From Eledone cirrhosa (lineage: Eukaryota): a stretch of DNA of 64,000 bases. A program made the translations under genes and the position numbers. How positions within the stretch are numbered: position 1 is the stretch's first letter; each line of letters starts with the position of its first letter. The stretch covers positions 303,366,001 to 303,430,000 of the forward strand of contig OZ024740.1 of assembly GCA_964016885.1 (NCBI GenBank), written 5' to 3'. Positions 1 through 64,000 of this stretch are shown one piece after another. A model generated the notes under the pieces. That model had not been told where the DNA came from and did no database searches. It saw only the letters and a list, made by a program, of their open reading frames with translations.

Positions 1-757
1 TTTCTGACTTTGTAGGCATGCCCACGTGTGTTAGACACATAGAAATCAAAAAGGTGCTCAGGGTTGTTGTTGGCAAGATGGTTAATAATTTTGTGCGTGT
101 TTACCAAGTCAGTTGCCAGACGTCAGAGCTTCAATGTATCCATGCCCAGGGAAGCATGGCGTTCAGAGTATGGTAGATGCATGATGGAGGGTATTCGCTC
201 GGTTACATGTCTCTGAACAGTTTCCAGGAGGTCAATGTTCTGAGCAAGATAGGGGTTCCAGGCTGGTGATGCAAATTCTAAGTGTGGCCGCACCATAGCT
301 ATATACAGCTTTAAATAGATAGCTGGAGAGTGTCTGACAAAGGTCTTGCTGGGTGTTGCTAAGACACCCTCGGCCTTCTTGACAATTTTAGAAACGTGCT
401 TCGTCTATTGCAAATCGCTGCTGACAGTAATGCCCAGGTCACGTTCACAAGAAGACTTCTTGATATTAGTATTGTGGAGGGAGTATGTGGATGCTGGGTT
501 TTTACTCCCAAAATGCATGGTGGTACACTTGTCCACAGTCAACTTGAGTTAGCAGCCCATGATCCATTGTTGCATTGCAGGCAAGATCTATAGTGTTCAG
601 GATCTGTCCTTTTTATCTCAAGGTACAGCTTGATGTCATCTGCATATTCCAGTACTGTGGCATTCTTTAAGTTGGCATCTATGTCATTAATATATGCCAC
701 AACAAAAAGGGGGACAAGAACAGATCCCTGTGGTACTCCAGATGACATCTCATACGG
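1..757 (-). mobile_element. CR1-clade LINE fragment (RT C-terminal half), degenerate
   Basis: SGVPQGSVL…YADDIKLY motifs; homologous to the copies at 10.4-11.6 kb and 52.4-54.5 kb. Confidence 0.88.
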
Positions 758-817
758 TAGTGATAACAACAGTGTTTTAGTAACAACAACAGTGTAGTAG
801 TAACAACACTTACAATA

Positions 818-985
818 ATGGTTTCTGATTTAGGCACAATCCCAACAAATATGTGGAGAGAGAAAAGTTGATTAAATCGACCTCAGTACTTAACTGGTAC
901 TTTATTTTATCAACCCTGTAATCTAACCCGGCAGTATTTAAACTCAGAACATAAGGGCTATAACTACTGCCAATCCACTGCCCTA
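818..985 (-). mobile_element. tRNA-derived SINE (family 1), degenerate
   Basis: ctggtactttattttatc core and ctgccaatccactgcc head, as in other copies. Confidence 0.65.
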
Positions 986-1399
986 TAACAACAGTGTTAC
1001 AATAATTAAAGCAATGTTATAAGAGTAGTATTTATGAATGATATAGGACATTACAAGCTGAAATTTGAAATAGAAAAGAACAATAGGTCCTACTGCTGGA
1101 ATTAAAACCATGTATCAATCACTTGCTAGGTGACTGCTTAACTAATTACATATCAAAGTATTTGCTGTTCCATATTCTCAAATTAGGTCCTACAAATCAT
1201 TCCTGCTATGTTAACAGTTAACATAGCAGGAATAATTTGAGAAGATGAGATGGTATGTACTCTGTAATGTAATCAGAAATGTAGATCCCTGGAAAAAGAT
1301 TAAACAATATGTGGTTTGAATCTTATCTGTGTGTCTGAAATTGGTATTTATTTGTACTGCTGTTTCATATTATTTACATTAAGATCTCAGTAGTTAATT

Positions 1400-1580
1400 A
1401 ATGGTTTCCAATTTAGGGACAAGGTTAACGATTATAATGACACAAGTATTAGATTGGTACTTTATTTTATCAACCCTGGAAGGTAATGTTGGCCATGGTG
1501 AGGCTTGGACTCTGAACATAAGGAACTGGAACAAATACCACAAAGCATTTTATCTGTGGCTCTACTAATTCTCCAATCCA
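1400..1580 (-). mobile_element. tRNA-derived SINE (family 1), degenerate, head runs directly into the satellite
   Basis: ggtactttattttatcaaccc…aaagcattttatc…ctctactaattctccaatcc. Confidence 0.65.
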
Positions 1581-4500
1581 ACACTCTTCTGCCAATCCAA
1601 TACTCTTATTCCAATCCAACACTCTTCTGCCAATCCAACACTCTTCTGCCAATCCAATACTCTTATTCCAATCCAACACTCTTCTGCCAATCCAACACTC
1701 TTCTGCCAATCCAACACTCTTCTACCAATCCAACGCTCTTCTGCCAATCCAACGCTCTTCTGCCAATCCAATGCTCTTCTGCCAATCCAACGCTCTTCTG
1801 CCAATCCAACGCTCTTCTGCCAATCCAACGCTCTTCTGCCAATCCAACGCTCTTCTGCCAATCCAACGCTCTTCTGCCAATCCAATGCTCTTCTGCCAAT
1901 CCAACGCTCTTCTGCTAATCCAACACTCTTCTGCCAATCCAACGCTCTTCTGCCAATCCAACGCTCTTCTGCCAATCCAACGCTCTTCTGCCAATCCAAC
2001 ACTCTTCTGTCAATCCAACACTCTTCTGCCAATCCAACACCCTTCTGCCAATCCAACGCTCTTCTGCCAATCCAACGCTCTTCTGCCAATCCAACGCTCT
2101 TCTGCCAATCCAACGCTCTTCTGCCAATCCAACGCTCTTCTGCCAATCCAACGCTCTTCTGCCAATCCAACACTCTTCTGCCAATCCAACACTCTTCTGC
2201 TAATCCAACACTCTTCTGCTAATCCAACACTCTTCTGCTAATCCAACACTCTTCTGCCAATCCAACACTCTTCTGCCAATCCAACACTCTTCTGCCAATC
2301 CAACACTCTTCTGCCAATCCAACACTCTTCTGCTAATCCAACGCTCTTCTGCCAATCCAACACTCTTCTGCCAATCCAACGCTCATCTGCCAATCCAACA
2401 CTCTTCTGCTAATCCAACACTCTTCTGCTAATCCAACACTCTTCTGCCAATCCAACACTCTTCTGCCAATCCAACACTCTTCTGCCAATCCAACACTCTT
2501 CTGCTAATCCAACGCTCTTCTGCCAATCCAACACTCTTCTGCCAATCCAGCACTCTTCTGCCAATCCAACACTCTTCTGCTAATCCAACACTCTTCTGCC
2601 AATCCAACACTCTTCTGCTATTCCAACGCTCTTCTGCTAATCCAACGCTCTTCTGCCAATCCAACAATCTTCTGCCAATCCAAAACTCTTCTGCTAATCC
2701 AACACTCTTCTGCCAATCCAACACTCTTCTGCCAATCCAACACTCTTCTGCCAATCCAACACTCTTCTGCCAATCCAACACTATTCTGCTAATCCAACAC
2801 TCTTCTGCCAATCCAACACTCTTCTGCCAATCCAACACTCTTCTGCTGATCCAACACTCTTCTGCCAATCCAACGCTCTTCTGCTAATCCAACACTCTTC
2901 TGCCAATCCAACACTCTTCTGCTAATCCAACACTCTTCTGCCAATCCAACACTCTTCTGCCAATCCAACACTCTTCTGCCAATCCAACACTCTTCTGCCA
3001 ATCCAACACTCTTCTGCTAATCCAACACTCTTCTGCTAATCCAACACTATTCTGCTAATCCAACACTATTCTGCTAATCCAACACTCTTCTGCCAATCCA
3101 ACACTCTTCTGCCAATCCAACACTCTTCTGCTAATCCAACACTCTTCTGCCAATCCAACACTCTTCTGCCAATCCAACACTCTTCTGCCAATCCAACACT
3201 CTTCTGCTAATCCAACACTCTTCTGCTAATCCAACACTATTCTGCTAATCCAACACTCTTCTGCCAATCCAACACTCTTCTGCCAATCCAACACTCTTCT
3301 GCTAATCCAACACTCTTCTGCCAATCCAACGCTCTTCTGCTAATCCAACACTCTTCTGCCAATCCAACACTCTTCTGCCAATCCAACACTCTTCTGCCAA
3401 TCCAACACTCTTCTGCCAATCCAACGCTCTTCTGCCAATCCAACGCTCTTCTGCTAATCCAACGCTCTTCTGCTAATCCAACACTCTTCTGCCAATCCAA
3501 CACTCTTCTGCCAATCCAACACTCTTCTGCCAATCCAACACACTTCTGCTAATCCAACACTCTTCTGCTAATCCAACACTATTCTGCTAATCCAACGCTC
3601 TTCTGCCAATCCAACACTCTTCTGCCAATCCAACACTCTTCTGCCAATCCAACACACTTCTGCTAATCCAACACTATTCTGCTAATCCAACGCTCTTCTG
3701 CCAATCCAACACACTTCTGCCAATCAAACACACTTCTGCCAATCCAACACTCTTCTGCCAATCCAACACACTTCTGCCAATCCAACACACTTCTGCCAAT
3801 CCAACACCCTTCTGCCAATCCAACACTCTCTCTAATCCAACACTCTCTGCTAATCCAACACACTTCTGCCAATCCAACACACTTCTGCCAATCCAACACT
3901 CTTCTGCCAATCCAACACTCTTCTGCCAATCCAACACTCTTCTGCTAATCCAACACACTTCTGCCAATCCAACACACTTCTGCCAATCCAACACACTTCT
4001 GCCAATCCAACACTCTTCTGCCAATCCAACACACTTCTGCCAATCCAACACACTTCTGCCAATCCAACACACTTCTGCCAATCCAACACACTTCTGCCAA
4101 TCCAACACACTTCTGCCAATCCAACACCCTTCTGCCAATCCAACACTCTCTCTAATCCAACACTCTCTGCCAATCCAACACACTCTCTGCCAATCCAACA
4201 CACTTCTGCCAATCCAACACACTTCTGCCAATCCAACACTCTTCTGCCAATCCAACACTCTTCTGCCAATCCAACACTCTTCTGCCAATCCAACACACTT
4301 CTGCCAATCCAACACACTTCTGCCAATCCAACACACTTCTGCCAATCCAACACACTTCTGCCAATCCAACACTCTTCTGCCAATCCAACACACTTCTGCC
4401 AATCCAACACACTTCTGCCAATCCAACACACTTCTGCCAATCCAACACACTTCTGCCAATCCAACACCCTTCTGCCAATCCAACACTCTCTCTAATCCAA

Positions 4501-4803
4501 CACTCTCTGCTAATCCAACACACTTCTGCCAATCCAACACACTTCTGCCAATCCAACACTCTTCTGCCAATCCAACACACTTCTGCCAATCCAACACACT
4601 TCTGCCAATCCAACACCCTTCTGCCAATCCAACACTCTTCTGCCAATCCAACACACTTCTGCCAATCCAACACACTTCTGCCAATCCAACACCCTTCTGC
4701 CAATCCAACACACTTCTGCCAATCCAACACACTTCTGCCAATCCAACACTCTTCTGCTAATCCAACACTCTTCTGCTAATCCAACACTCTTCTGCTAATC
4801 TAA
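1572..4803. repeat. 19-bp satellite (CCAATCCAACACTCTTCTG)n, ~170 copies
   Basis: Direct tandem repetition with variants CGCTC/CACTC/CACAC and CCAA/CTAA. Confidence 0.98.
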
Positions 4804-4917
4804 CACCCCAGCATGTAATTAATGATGATAATAACAAGGGTGACAGTGTTACAATAATCACATCAAAATAATTAATACTTCTAAAAATCTACACCCATTA
4901 TTTGTTTAGAATTTAGG

Positions 4918-5140
4918 CTAGTGGATTGACAGTGTCAGTAGGGCATTGGACAGCATGCTTCGAGGCATATAGTTACATCCTTTTACTTTCTGAATTCAAA
5001 TCTCACTGAGGTTAGCGTTACCTTTCATTTTTATGGGGTCGATAAAATAAAGTACCAGCAATGCACTGGGGTAGAATTAATCAACTTTCCCTCCTCCCTT
5101 CAAATTGCTGGCCATGTGACAAAAGCATAAACAATTATTT
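4918..5140 (+). mobile_element. tRNA-derived SINE (family 1)
   Basis: gtggattgacag head, gaattcaaatc B-box-like segment, gataaaataaagtaccag core, gctggccatgtg tail. Confidence 0.75.
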
Positions 5141-5437
5141 GTTGGAAGTTTATTGGAGAAATATTCACTAACACAGCTGTTAAAGCATGACTTTTATTGA
5201 TGATTTGGAAATGATGGTTTCACATTGACAGCTTGTGGAAAATATTAACTATCAAACACACATGCAGACACATGTACACACACATGCCAGACAATGGCTG
5301 TTGACCACTGACCTGTGTGAGTGAAATAAGCTATGACCCTTATGTTTTCATATCATCAATATCCTGACAAATGTCAATCAAGTTGGAAGTTAGGTGAATA
5401 ACCTGAGACAAAAAACTTGACCAAAACACATTACTAT

Positions 5438-5484
<47 letters not shown>

Positions 5485-5487
<3 letters not shown>

Positions 5488-8312
5488 CATCATCATTTTA
5501 CGTCCGCTTTTCCCTGCTTGCAAGGGTTGGACGGGTCCTATTCAACACAGTATTTCCCCACTTGTCACGGTCCTACGTTATCTCCTCGGTGAGCTTCAGC
5601 GATCTGACATCTGCTCTCACCACCTCCGCCCATGTTTTTCATGGTCTACCTCTACTGCGTCTTCCTTCTACTGGGATTTCTTGGCACTTCTTTACCCAGC
5701 GGTCATCCTCCATGCGCATCACATGTCCATACCATCTCAGCCTTCTCTCCTGCACACCACAACTTATACCCAGTTTCTTTCTCAACCCGTCTATGCTTGG
5801 TCGTTCACGCACATTGACATTGCACATCCAATGGAGCATACTTGCTTCATTTCTCTCCAGCCGTCGCATATCCTCTGCAGTTGCTGCCCATGTAGCATCA
5901 CGCATCTCACACAAGCATCATATAACCGTCCTTTCGTACACAGAGAGAAACCCTTCTTTGTCAACAAAGGAAGCAGCTCCCTAAACGTCTTCCAACCTGT
6001 CCTTATTCTAGATACTATGGCCTCAGAACACCCCCCTCCCATGCTAATCTTATCACCTAGGTACTGGAAGCTATCAACCACTTCTATAGAACCCACCTGC
6101 ATTGGAAAAATGTCTCTATCACTGCGATTACTACTGCCAACTTTCCCTGTACATCTACTGCATATGTAATTTTCCCTACCTGTTAGTTTGCCTGCTATCC
6201 CACTACATCTCTTGTGGACCCAAGATCTGCATTGCGTACATTTTATGGAATTTATGCCAGTTCCTTTCCTACATATCGAACATGGCCATTTCCCTGATGG
6301 AATCAGAGTATTGTCCTCTCTTCTAATCAGCACTTTTGTCTTAGCTATGTTCACTCTCAGTCCTCTTGATTCCAACTGCTGTTTCCATAGCCAGAATTTA
6401 TTCTCTAGCTCCTCTACTGATTCTGCTATAAGAACGAGACCATCAGCATAGAGAAGTTCCTATGGGCATCCAATCTTAAACTCCTCTGTTATGGCATGGA
6501 GGACTATAATGAACAAGAGCGGACTGAGGACCGAACTCTGATGTACACCTACTTATATCTTGAATTCCTCACTAAACTCCATACCTACTCTCACTTTACT
6601 GCCAGCACCCCTGTACATAGCTTGCACTGTCCTCACAAGCCATTCCTCTACCCCTAGTTTCCTTAAGGACCACCAGATGACAGATCGGGGTACCCTATCA
6701 AAGGTCTTCTCTAGGTCAACAAAAACTAAGTATAGTGGCTTATTCTTCTCTAAGAACTTCTCTTGTAGTTGCCTCACTAAGAAGAGGGCATCTGTTGTAC
6801 TTTTCCGAGGCACAAAACCAAACTGCATCTCATCTAATTTGACCCTTTCTCTAATCAGTTGCGCTAATATTCTCTCTGCCACTTTCATAACCTGATCCAT
6901 CAGCTTTATGCCCCTATAACTGCTCCTCTCTAGAGCATCCCCTTTACCTTTGTAGCAATTTATGATAATACTGCTGCACCAGTCTTTGGGTATGACACCA
7001 CCATATATAACTTGATTGATGATGAATGCAACCAGTTTAATTCCTACTTCACCTGGTGCCTTCAGCATCTCAGCAACTATCCCCAACGGTCCAGCAGCCT
7101 TACCATTCTTCATTTCTTTAATTGCCTTTTGTACCCTATATTCGTCAATCTCAATAGCTGGTCCCTCTGTTGGGTCTACTGGGGGTAATTTCTCTCTGTC
7201 CCATTCGTTCTCCACATTCATCAGTCTCTCATAGTGACATTTCCAGGCTTCCTGTTTTTGATGATTTGTGACACTAAGTACACCGGCATCATTCCGGATA
7301 CACTTATCTCCAACAACATCCTGATTTGCACTGACATACTGCCTTGCAATATGGAACACCGCACGTCTCTGATCTTCCCGTCGCAGAACATTGGCAAACC
7401 TCCTACTCTCAACCTCCCTACATGCTAAGTACACCTGACGTCTAGCTTCTCTCTTAGCGGCTGTGTATCCTTCCCTACTCCCACTATTTTTCCAAGCCTT
7501 CCATGCCAGTCTTTTGTCTCTAATGGCCCTATCACTCTGTCTGGTTGAAGCTTGCCCCAACCACAAGTTTCATCAGTAGCCTGCAGTAAGTTGTCACGTA
7601 AGAAATTCCAGTTATCGTCTATGTCATACAACTCTAAATCGACTTCTTTTTCGTCATACACGTCTTGAAGTGCTTTGCTAAATTTATATTTTAATGAAAG
7701 GTCTTTTAGCTTCCAGACCTTTCTTTTCCACACCTTCCTGTATATCTCATTCTTTCTCATGCTTACTGAGATGTCACTAACGACTAACCTATGCTGTGGT
7801 GTACATTCTTCCCCAGGGTATGCCTTAGTATTTGACATCATCTGTCTGTCTCGTTATCTAACTAGCAGGAAGTCAATCTGGCTTATGTGCTCGCCTGATT
7901 TGTAGGTTATAAGGTGGTTGGTAGACTTCTGGAAGTTAGTGTTGCAAATGGTTAGTGCATTTGCATCACAAAATTCAAGAAGCCTTACTCCTTCATTTCT
8001 TGAGCCGTAACCGTGCCCACCATGTACCCCAGTGTATCCATCTTGGAGCTTTCCAACATGTCCATTGAAGTCCCCTGCTAGCATAACAATGTCTCCGTCC
8101 TCTGTCATTGAGGCTGTTTGTAAAAGTTGCTCATAAAAGCAGTCTTTCTCTTTTTTACCTAGGCCTGCCTGGGGAGCATAGGCAGAGATGATTGTCAGTA
8201 GTCTCTTGCCTACAACTAATCTAAGCTTAATTATTCTATCACTAACTCTAACAACCTCCATTGTCCTATTGATCCATCTCTCAGCCAGTAATATGCCCAC
8301 CCCACTACCATG
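5485..8312 (-). mobile_element. RTE-clade LINE (family A), 5'-truncated in the APE endonuclease, several frameshifts/stops
   Basis: APE motifs (YAPQ, GDFNGHVG, SQIDF), RT motifs (YRGIKL, QFGF, FVDLEK.FD, QYLG), RRLRWYGHV…GRP C-terminus, (GAT)n tail beside a (TA)n tract. Confidence 0.95.
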
Positions 8313-8792
8313 CGCAGCCCTAACATGGTTAGTGTTATTGCTGTTTACACATATATATAAAAGAATAGTAAATATTTAATATCTAATATTTGATAGTCAG
8401 TAATACAGAAGACCCAACTTCCCACAAGCACAGGTCAAAACTGAAGCATATATATATATATACAGTATGCACCTAGATAAAAAATAAAGAATAAGAAAGA
8501 AAATTGGAAGCTAGCCAGTATAGGGCTCAAACCCACGACATCCATGTTATTAGCATGATATTCTAGGCTTTTCATTGTTTTGACTTTAGAAATTAAATAG
8601 ATCACACGTGCGCACACACACACACACACTTATAAATATATAATGTACCAGGTCAATAAGTATTTTTTCAGTTCAGTATACGGGCTACTATGTTAAGTTG
8701 ATAAACAGTTGATCATTAACTAGAAATAATGTAGTCCATTCTGAATGTGGGAGCAGCAACTGATACAAGATACTTGGCAGATCATGAAATAT

Positions 8793-8980
8793 TTAACCCT
8801 TTAGTTACCAACCCAGCCAAGACCAGCTCTGATCTACGAAATAAAACCACCCATTTTAAAGCTTTCTAATTTAAATTAAAATCTTCCAACATAATTTTCT
8901 TTAAGAACATTATATTTAGTTACTATCTTAGTAATTAGAATACAGTATATTTCATTAGAAATGTGGTCATGAAAAAGTTA
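8793..8980. mobile_element. TTAA-flanked MITE-like repeat
   Basis: ttaaCCCTTT…AAAAAGttaa termini; body shared with 13100-13255, 41910-42315 and 48362-48794. Confidence 0.55.
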
Positions 8981-9879
8981 AAGGGATAGATTTTTAAGAT
9001 GATAACAGCTTTGAAGATTTGGGGAAAGTCATCAGTAAAACAAATATATGCAGAAGAGACTGCTACACTGAGATAACAAGAGTGTAAATGTATGGTCCAT
9101 GAAAAAGAACCAAGAATTTATTATAGATGAGAATCCCCATGGCAAATATTTAAAAAAATGGTTGGGATGAACCATGTGATATGAAGCATAGAAAAATGTT
9201 ATAGTTTCTATAATTGGAGAATAGATAGTGACGTAATGATGAATAAAAATATTAGTCATGGCTCATGCTGTCATAGCAACAATAATAATGATTTCTTATA
9301 CAGATACAAGGTCACCAAAACAATTTGTAAAGAAGAAATACCACAGGTCCCAAATAATAGGGAGGTGGGGGATGGAGTGGGTTGATAATTTTTCTAGGTT
9401 GTCTCAGTTGATTTTTTAAAACCAGAATTAGTCATTTAGTTTGCATATTGAGACCCCAACCCAACTTATTTATTTTATAACATATGAGATTTCTAGTAAT
9501 GTTGTTTTTTTATCGTGTAATGTTTTTAATGTCTAAAGAAAATTATCGCAGGAATGCTAGCACCTAATATAAAATTTTGCCGGAGATAGATTTAGCAAAA
9601 TTTAATTAGCAGGGGCTGGGAGGGTTGAAAAAAATCTGAAAAATTAATAAGCAGTGTGGGGAAGGGTGATTATTAGAAACCCAAGAGTATTGTCAATTCA
9701 GTTTATCCCTGTACATGACTCAAGATGAAAGACAAAGCTGTTCTAAACAGGATTTGAACTCCAAACATAGAGGCTCTACTATTGAAACTGTTATTGACTT
9801 TGCTATGTTTGCTGATGGTGGTATGTTTATGGATTTAAACCCACATATAGTCAGTAGTCATTAAGGGGTACATATCAGT

Positions 9880-10130
9880 ATTGTTGTTTGAAGATGACCA
9901 CAATTGGGTGGAGAATCTTTGGCTGTGGGCCGAGAGGTGCCTGGTAAGGCCTATCTGGACTTGGAAACCATACCCACATGTGGGACACATGTTAGTAAGT
10001 GCTGCAGAAGAAGTAGATGTAGCTCATGCCTTGCATGTAGAGCGCTTCCTCTGAACCTCTGCAATGTATCTGGTTTCTGCTGCATCTGCTCCCTCAAAGA
10101 TTTTGCTTTTCTAGGTTGGGTAAGTGATTC
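9880..10130 (-). mobile_element. RTE/BovB-like LINE 3' relic with C2H2 finger
   Basis: Minus strand reads …EVQRKRSTCKA*ATSTSSAALTNMCPTCGYGFQVQIGLTRHLSAH (C-x2-C-x12-H-x3-H) with an internal stop. Confidence 0.7.
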
Positions 10131-10424
10131 CCAATCACAGAGGCACGTAACAGTATTATTGCAATCAATTACTTGTGCTGAGAAGTCAACCCATATCCAA
10201 TAGACTGACTACTACTACATATTTCCTGAATACTTTAAACTTTATTATATTTAAGTAGTAGTAGTAGTAGCAGTAGCATCAACATTAGTAGTGTCAGCAA
10301 TAGTAGCAGTAACAGCTGTAAATCCAATTAATATCCAATGTTAATAAATTAATGATATTATCCCCGAGGTTAACTTTGCCTTTCATCCTTACGGGGTCGA
10401 TAAAATAAAGCACCAGTAATGTAT

Positions 10425-11600
10425 ATAATAATAATAATAATAATGAAATATTGTGTACAGTGCTCAGGTGCACTACAACTCATCAAAAAGTGTATGTATA
10501 GTACATAGGGTAATATACAAACGTCAGGAAAATGAACAGTGCATGAGTCATGATATACACGTGTGCATGTGTATGGAAGGGGTACATCAGGTGTAGTTTT
10601 GGCGTATTTCGGGAAGCATGAGGGTTTTAAAGGATGCAGTGTCTCGACAGCTAACAACTGACGCAGGCAGTTTGTTCCATGCTTCAGCAACTCTGAGCGT
10701 GAAAAAATGTTTACGAAAGTCATGGGGGCTGTGCTGTTTTCTGATTTTGTAGGCATGTCCACGTGTGTTAGACACATGGAGATCAAAAAGGTGCTCAGGG
10801 TTGTTGTTGGCGAGATGGTTAATAACTTTGTGGGTGTTTACCAAGTCCATTGCCAGAGCATGGATTCATTGAAGCTCCGACGAGCTTCAATGAATCCATG
10901 CCCAGGGAAGCAAGGCGTTCAGAGTATGGTAGGTGTCTGATGGAGGGTATGCACTTGGTTGCACGTCTCTGAACAGTTTCCAGGCGGTCAATGTTCTGAG
11001 CAAGATAGGGGTTCCAGACTGATGATGCAAATTCCAAGTGTGGTTGTACCATAGCTGTATACAGCTTTAAATAGATGGCTGGAGAGCGGCTAACAAAGGT
11101 CTTGCTGAGTGGTGCCAAGACACCCTCGGCCTTCTTGACAATCTTGGAGACATGCTTTGTCCAACGCAAATCACTGCTGACAGTAATGCCCAGGTCACGT
11201 TCACAAGAGGACTTCTTGATATCAGTGTTGTGGAGGGAGTATGTGGACGCTGGATTTTTCCTCCCAAAATGCATGGTGGTACACTTGTCCACAGCTAGCT
11301 TCAGTTGCCAGTCTGTGATCCATTGCTGCATTGTGTCCAGGTCTGATTGTAGGAAAGAGTTGTAGATTTCAGGATCAGTCCTTTTGATTTCAAAGTACAG
11401 CTTGATGTCATCTGCATATTTCAGTACCGTGGCATTGTTTAAGTTGTCATCTATGTCATTAATATATGCCACAAACAAAAGGGGACCAAGAACAGATCCC
11501 TGTGGTACACCAGATGACATCTCATATGGTGAAGAATGCTGTCCTAGAACCGTGACTACCTCTTTTCGGCTGAGAATGAAGGATTTCAACCAGTTACATA
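10425..11600 (-). mobile_element. CR1-clade LINE, 5'-truncated, with 3'UTR and (ATT)n tail
   Basis: ORF 10819-11604: WLKSF…GVPQGSVLGP…YADD…ERDLG…VQRRATK; C-terminal TRGH…FFTLRV..AWNKLP. Confidence 0.95.
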
Positions 11601-12010
11601 TCATTAACCTTATATAATTTAATTGGAATAAAATTTTACCTTTTGGTCACTCTCCACATGTTTTATACTAGGTTTTCCATAACTTAATGTATTCATCTAC
11701 TCTGCCTTTCAACCATATAACTCTTCAGCTAAACTATATGAAAATATTCTCTATATATAGTATTGTCTTTGGCATGTTTAGTCCTTTCCTCTACAGACAG
11801 ACCTGCTCATCTTTACCTCTTCCCCCCCTTTTTTCATTACTTAATTTGTTTTTATCTTTTTTTCATATATTTCCATCATTGTATAACTTCTGTCTGTAAA
11901 ATATAGTTGACATATGTTTATGGATAACAGATAACAAAATAAAATAAAAGATTTTTTATTGTCTTTGTTCTATGCATAATCTGATGTCAACATACATATT
12001 TGTCTTGTAG

Positions 12011-63516
<51,506 letters not shown>

Positions 63517-63610
63517 GTAAACTTATATATATATATATATACCTTGTTTTTATTTTTATTCAAGAGTTTGCATCCCAAAAATTAACCATTCATTCTTAAG
63601 GTTTAAGTAA

Positions 63611-63730
63611 GGCATGTGGCTGAGTGGTTAGAGAATTGGATTCGCAATCGTAAGGTTGTGAGTTCGATTCCTGGACCAGGCGATGCGTTATGTCCTTGAG
63701 AAAGACACTTTATTTCACGTTGCTCCTTCT
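63611..63730 (+). mobile_element. tRNA-derived SINE head (family 2)
   Basis: A-box TGGCTGAGTGG, B-box GTTCGATTCC, followed by gtccttgagaaagacacttt body. Confidence 0.75.
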
Positions 63731-64000
63731 ACCTGGAGTTGCGACCGATAGATAGTATTAGCAATTGGAAAGACCAACGGAAACATTGTTCCCTCGGTCC
63801 GATTTGACGAAAGTCGATCGTTCCTATATATATATATCATCGTTTTTACATCTGCCTTTCCACATTTGCATTGGTTGGACAGGTCCTTCTCAGCACATTA
63901 TCTTTCCATACGTTGTGATCCTTTGTCATTGCCTCTGAGTCTCAGTGATTTGAGGTCAGGTCTCACAGCCTCTGCCCAGGTCTTTCTTGGTCTCACCCTA

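Noticed and set aside
1470-4749. Many long ORFs with repeated LDWQKSVGLAEECWIGRR
   Set aside because: Translations of the 19-bp satellite in several frames; no start or splice context
5417-7428. + strand ORFs (250 aa, 168 aa, etc.), and similar ones over other LINEs
   Set aside because: Antisense shadows of RTE/CR1 coding sequence
9904-10203. Cys-rich 99-aa + strand ORF or host C2H2 zinc-finger gene
   Set aside because: Antisense of a decayed RTE C-terminus; the single finger on the minus strand follows a stop codon
63611-63680. Possible tRNA gene
   Set aside because: A/B boxes are present, but there is no convincing acceptor or anticodon stem and it continues into a SINE body

Overview
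AT-rich, repeat-saturated eukaryotic genomic DNA. The SINE/LINE inventory and (AT)n/(CAT)n microsatellites suggest a coleoid cephalopod such as Octopus; this is inference, not proven. One host gene spans almost the whole window on the + strand: a gamma-glutamyltransferase (glutathione hydrolase). I read 13 phase-compatible GT-AG exons (12011-63516, ~1566 nt, ~521 codons); the C-terminus, and possibly an upstream exon, lie outside the window. The protein has a GGT7-type N-terminal anchor but a GGT1-type catalytic motif set. The introns hold RTE LINEs with a PHD-type finger inside the RT, CR1 LINEs, a 4.16-kb Helitron with both ends, a DD37D (maT) transposon, a mariner, hAT/TTAA/TA MITEs, relics of Vingi, R4/Dong and HERO-like LINEs, many tRNA-derived SINEs and several tandem arrays. 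Most ORFs in the supplied track are repeat or antisense artefacts. I found no prokaryote-style novel system. The most interesting signals are TE-host interactions: a 3.2-kb satellite apparently born from a SINE head, a chimeric SINE end that supplies an exon's pyrimidine tract, an in-frame duplicated splice acceptor next to the active site, and inverted LINE pairs in the pre-mRNA.
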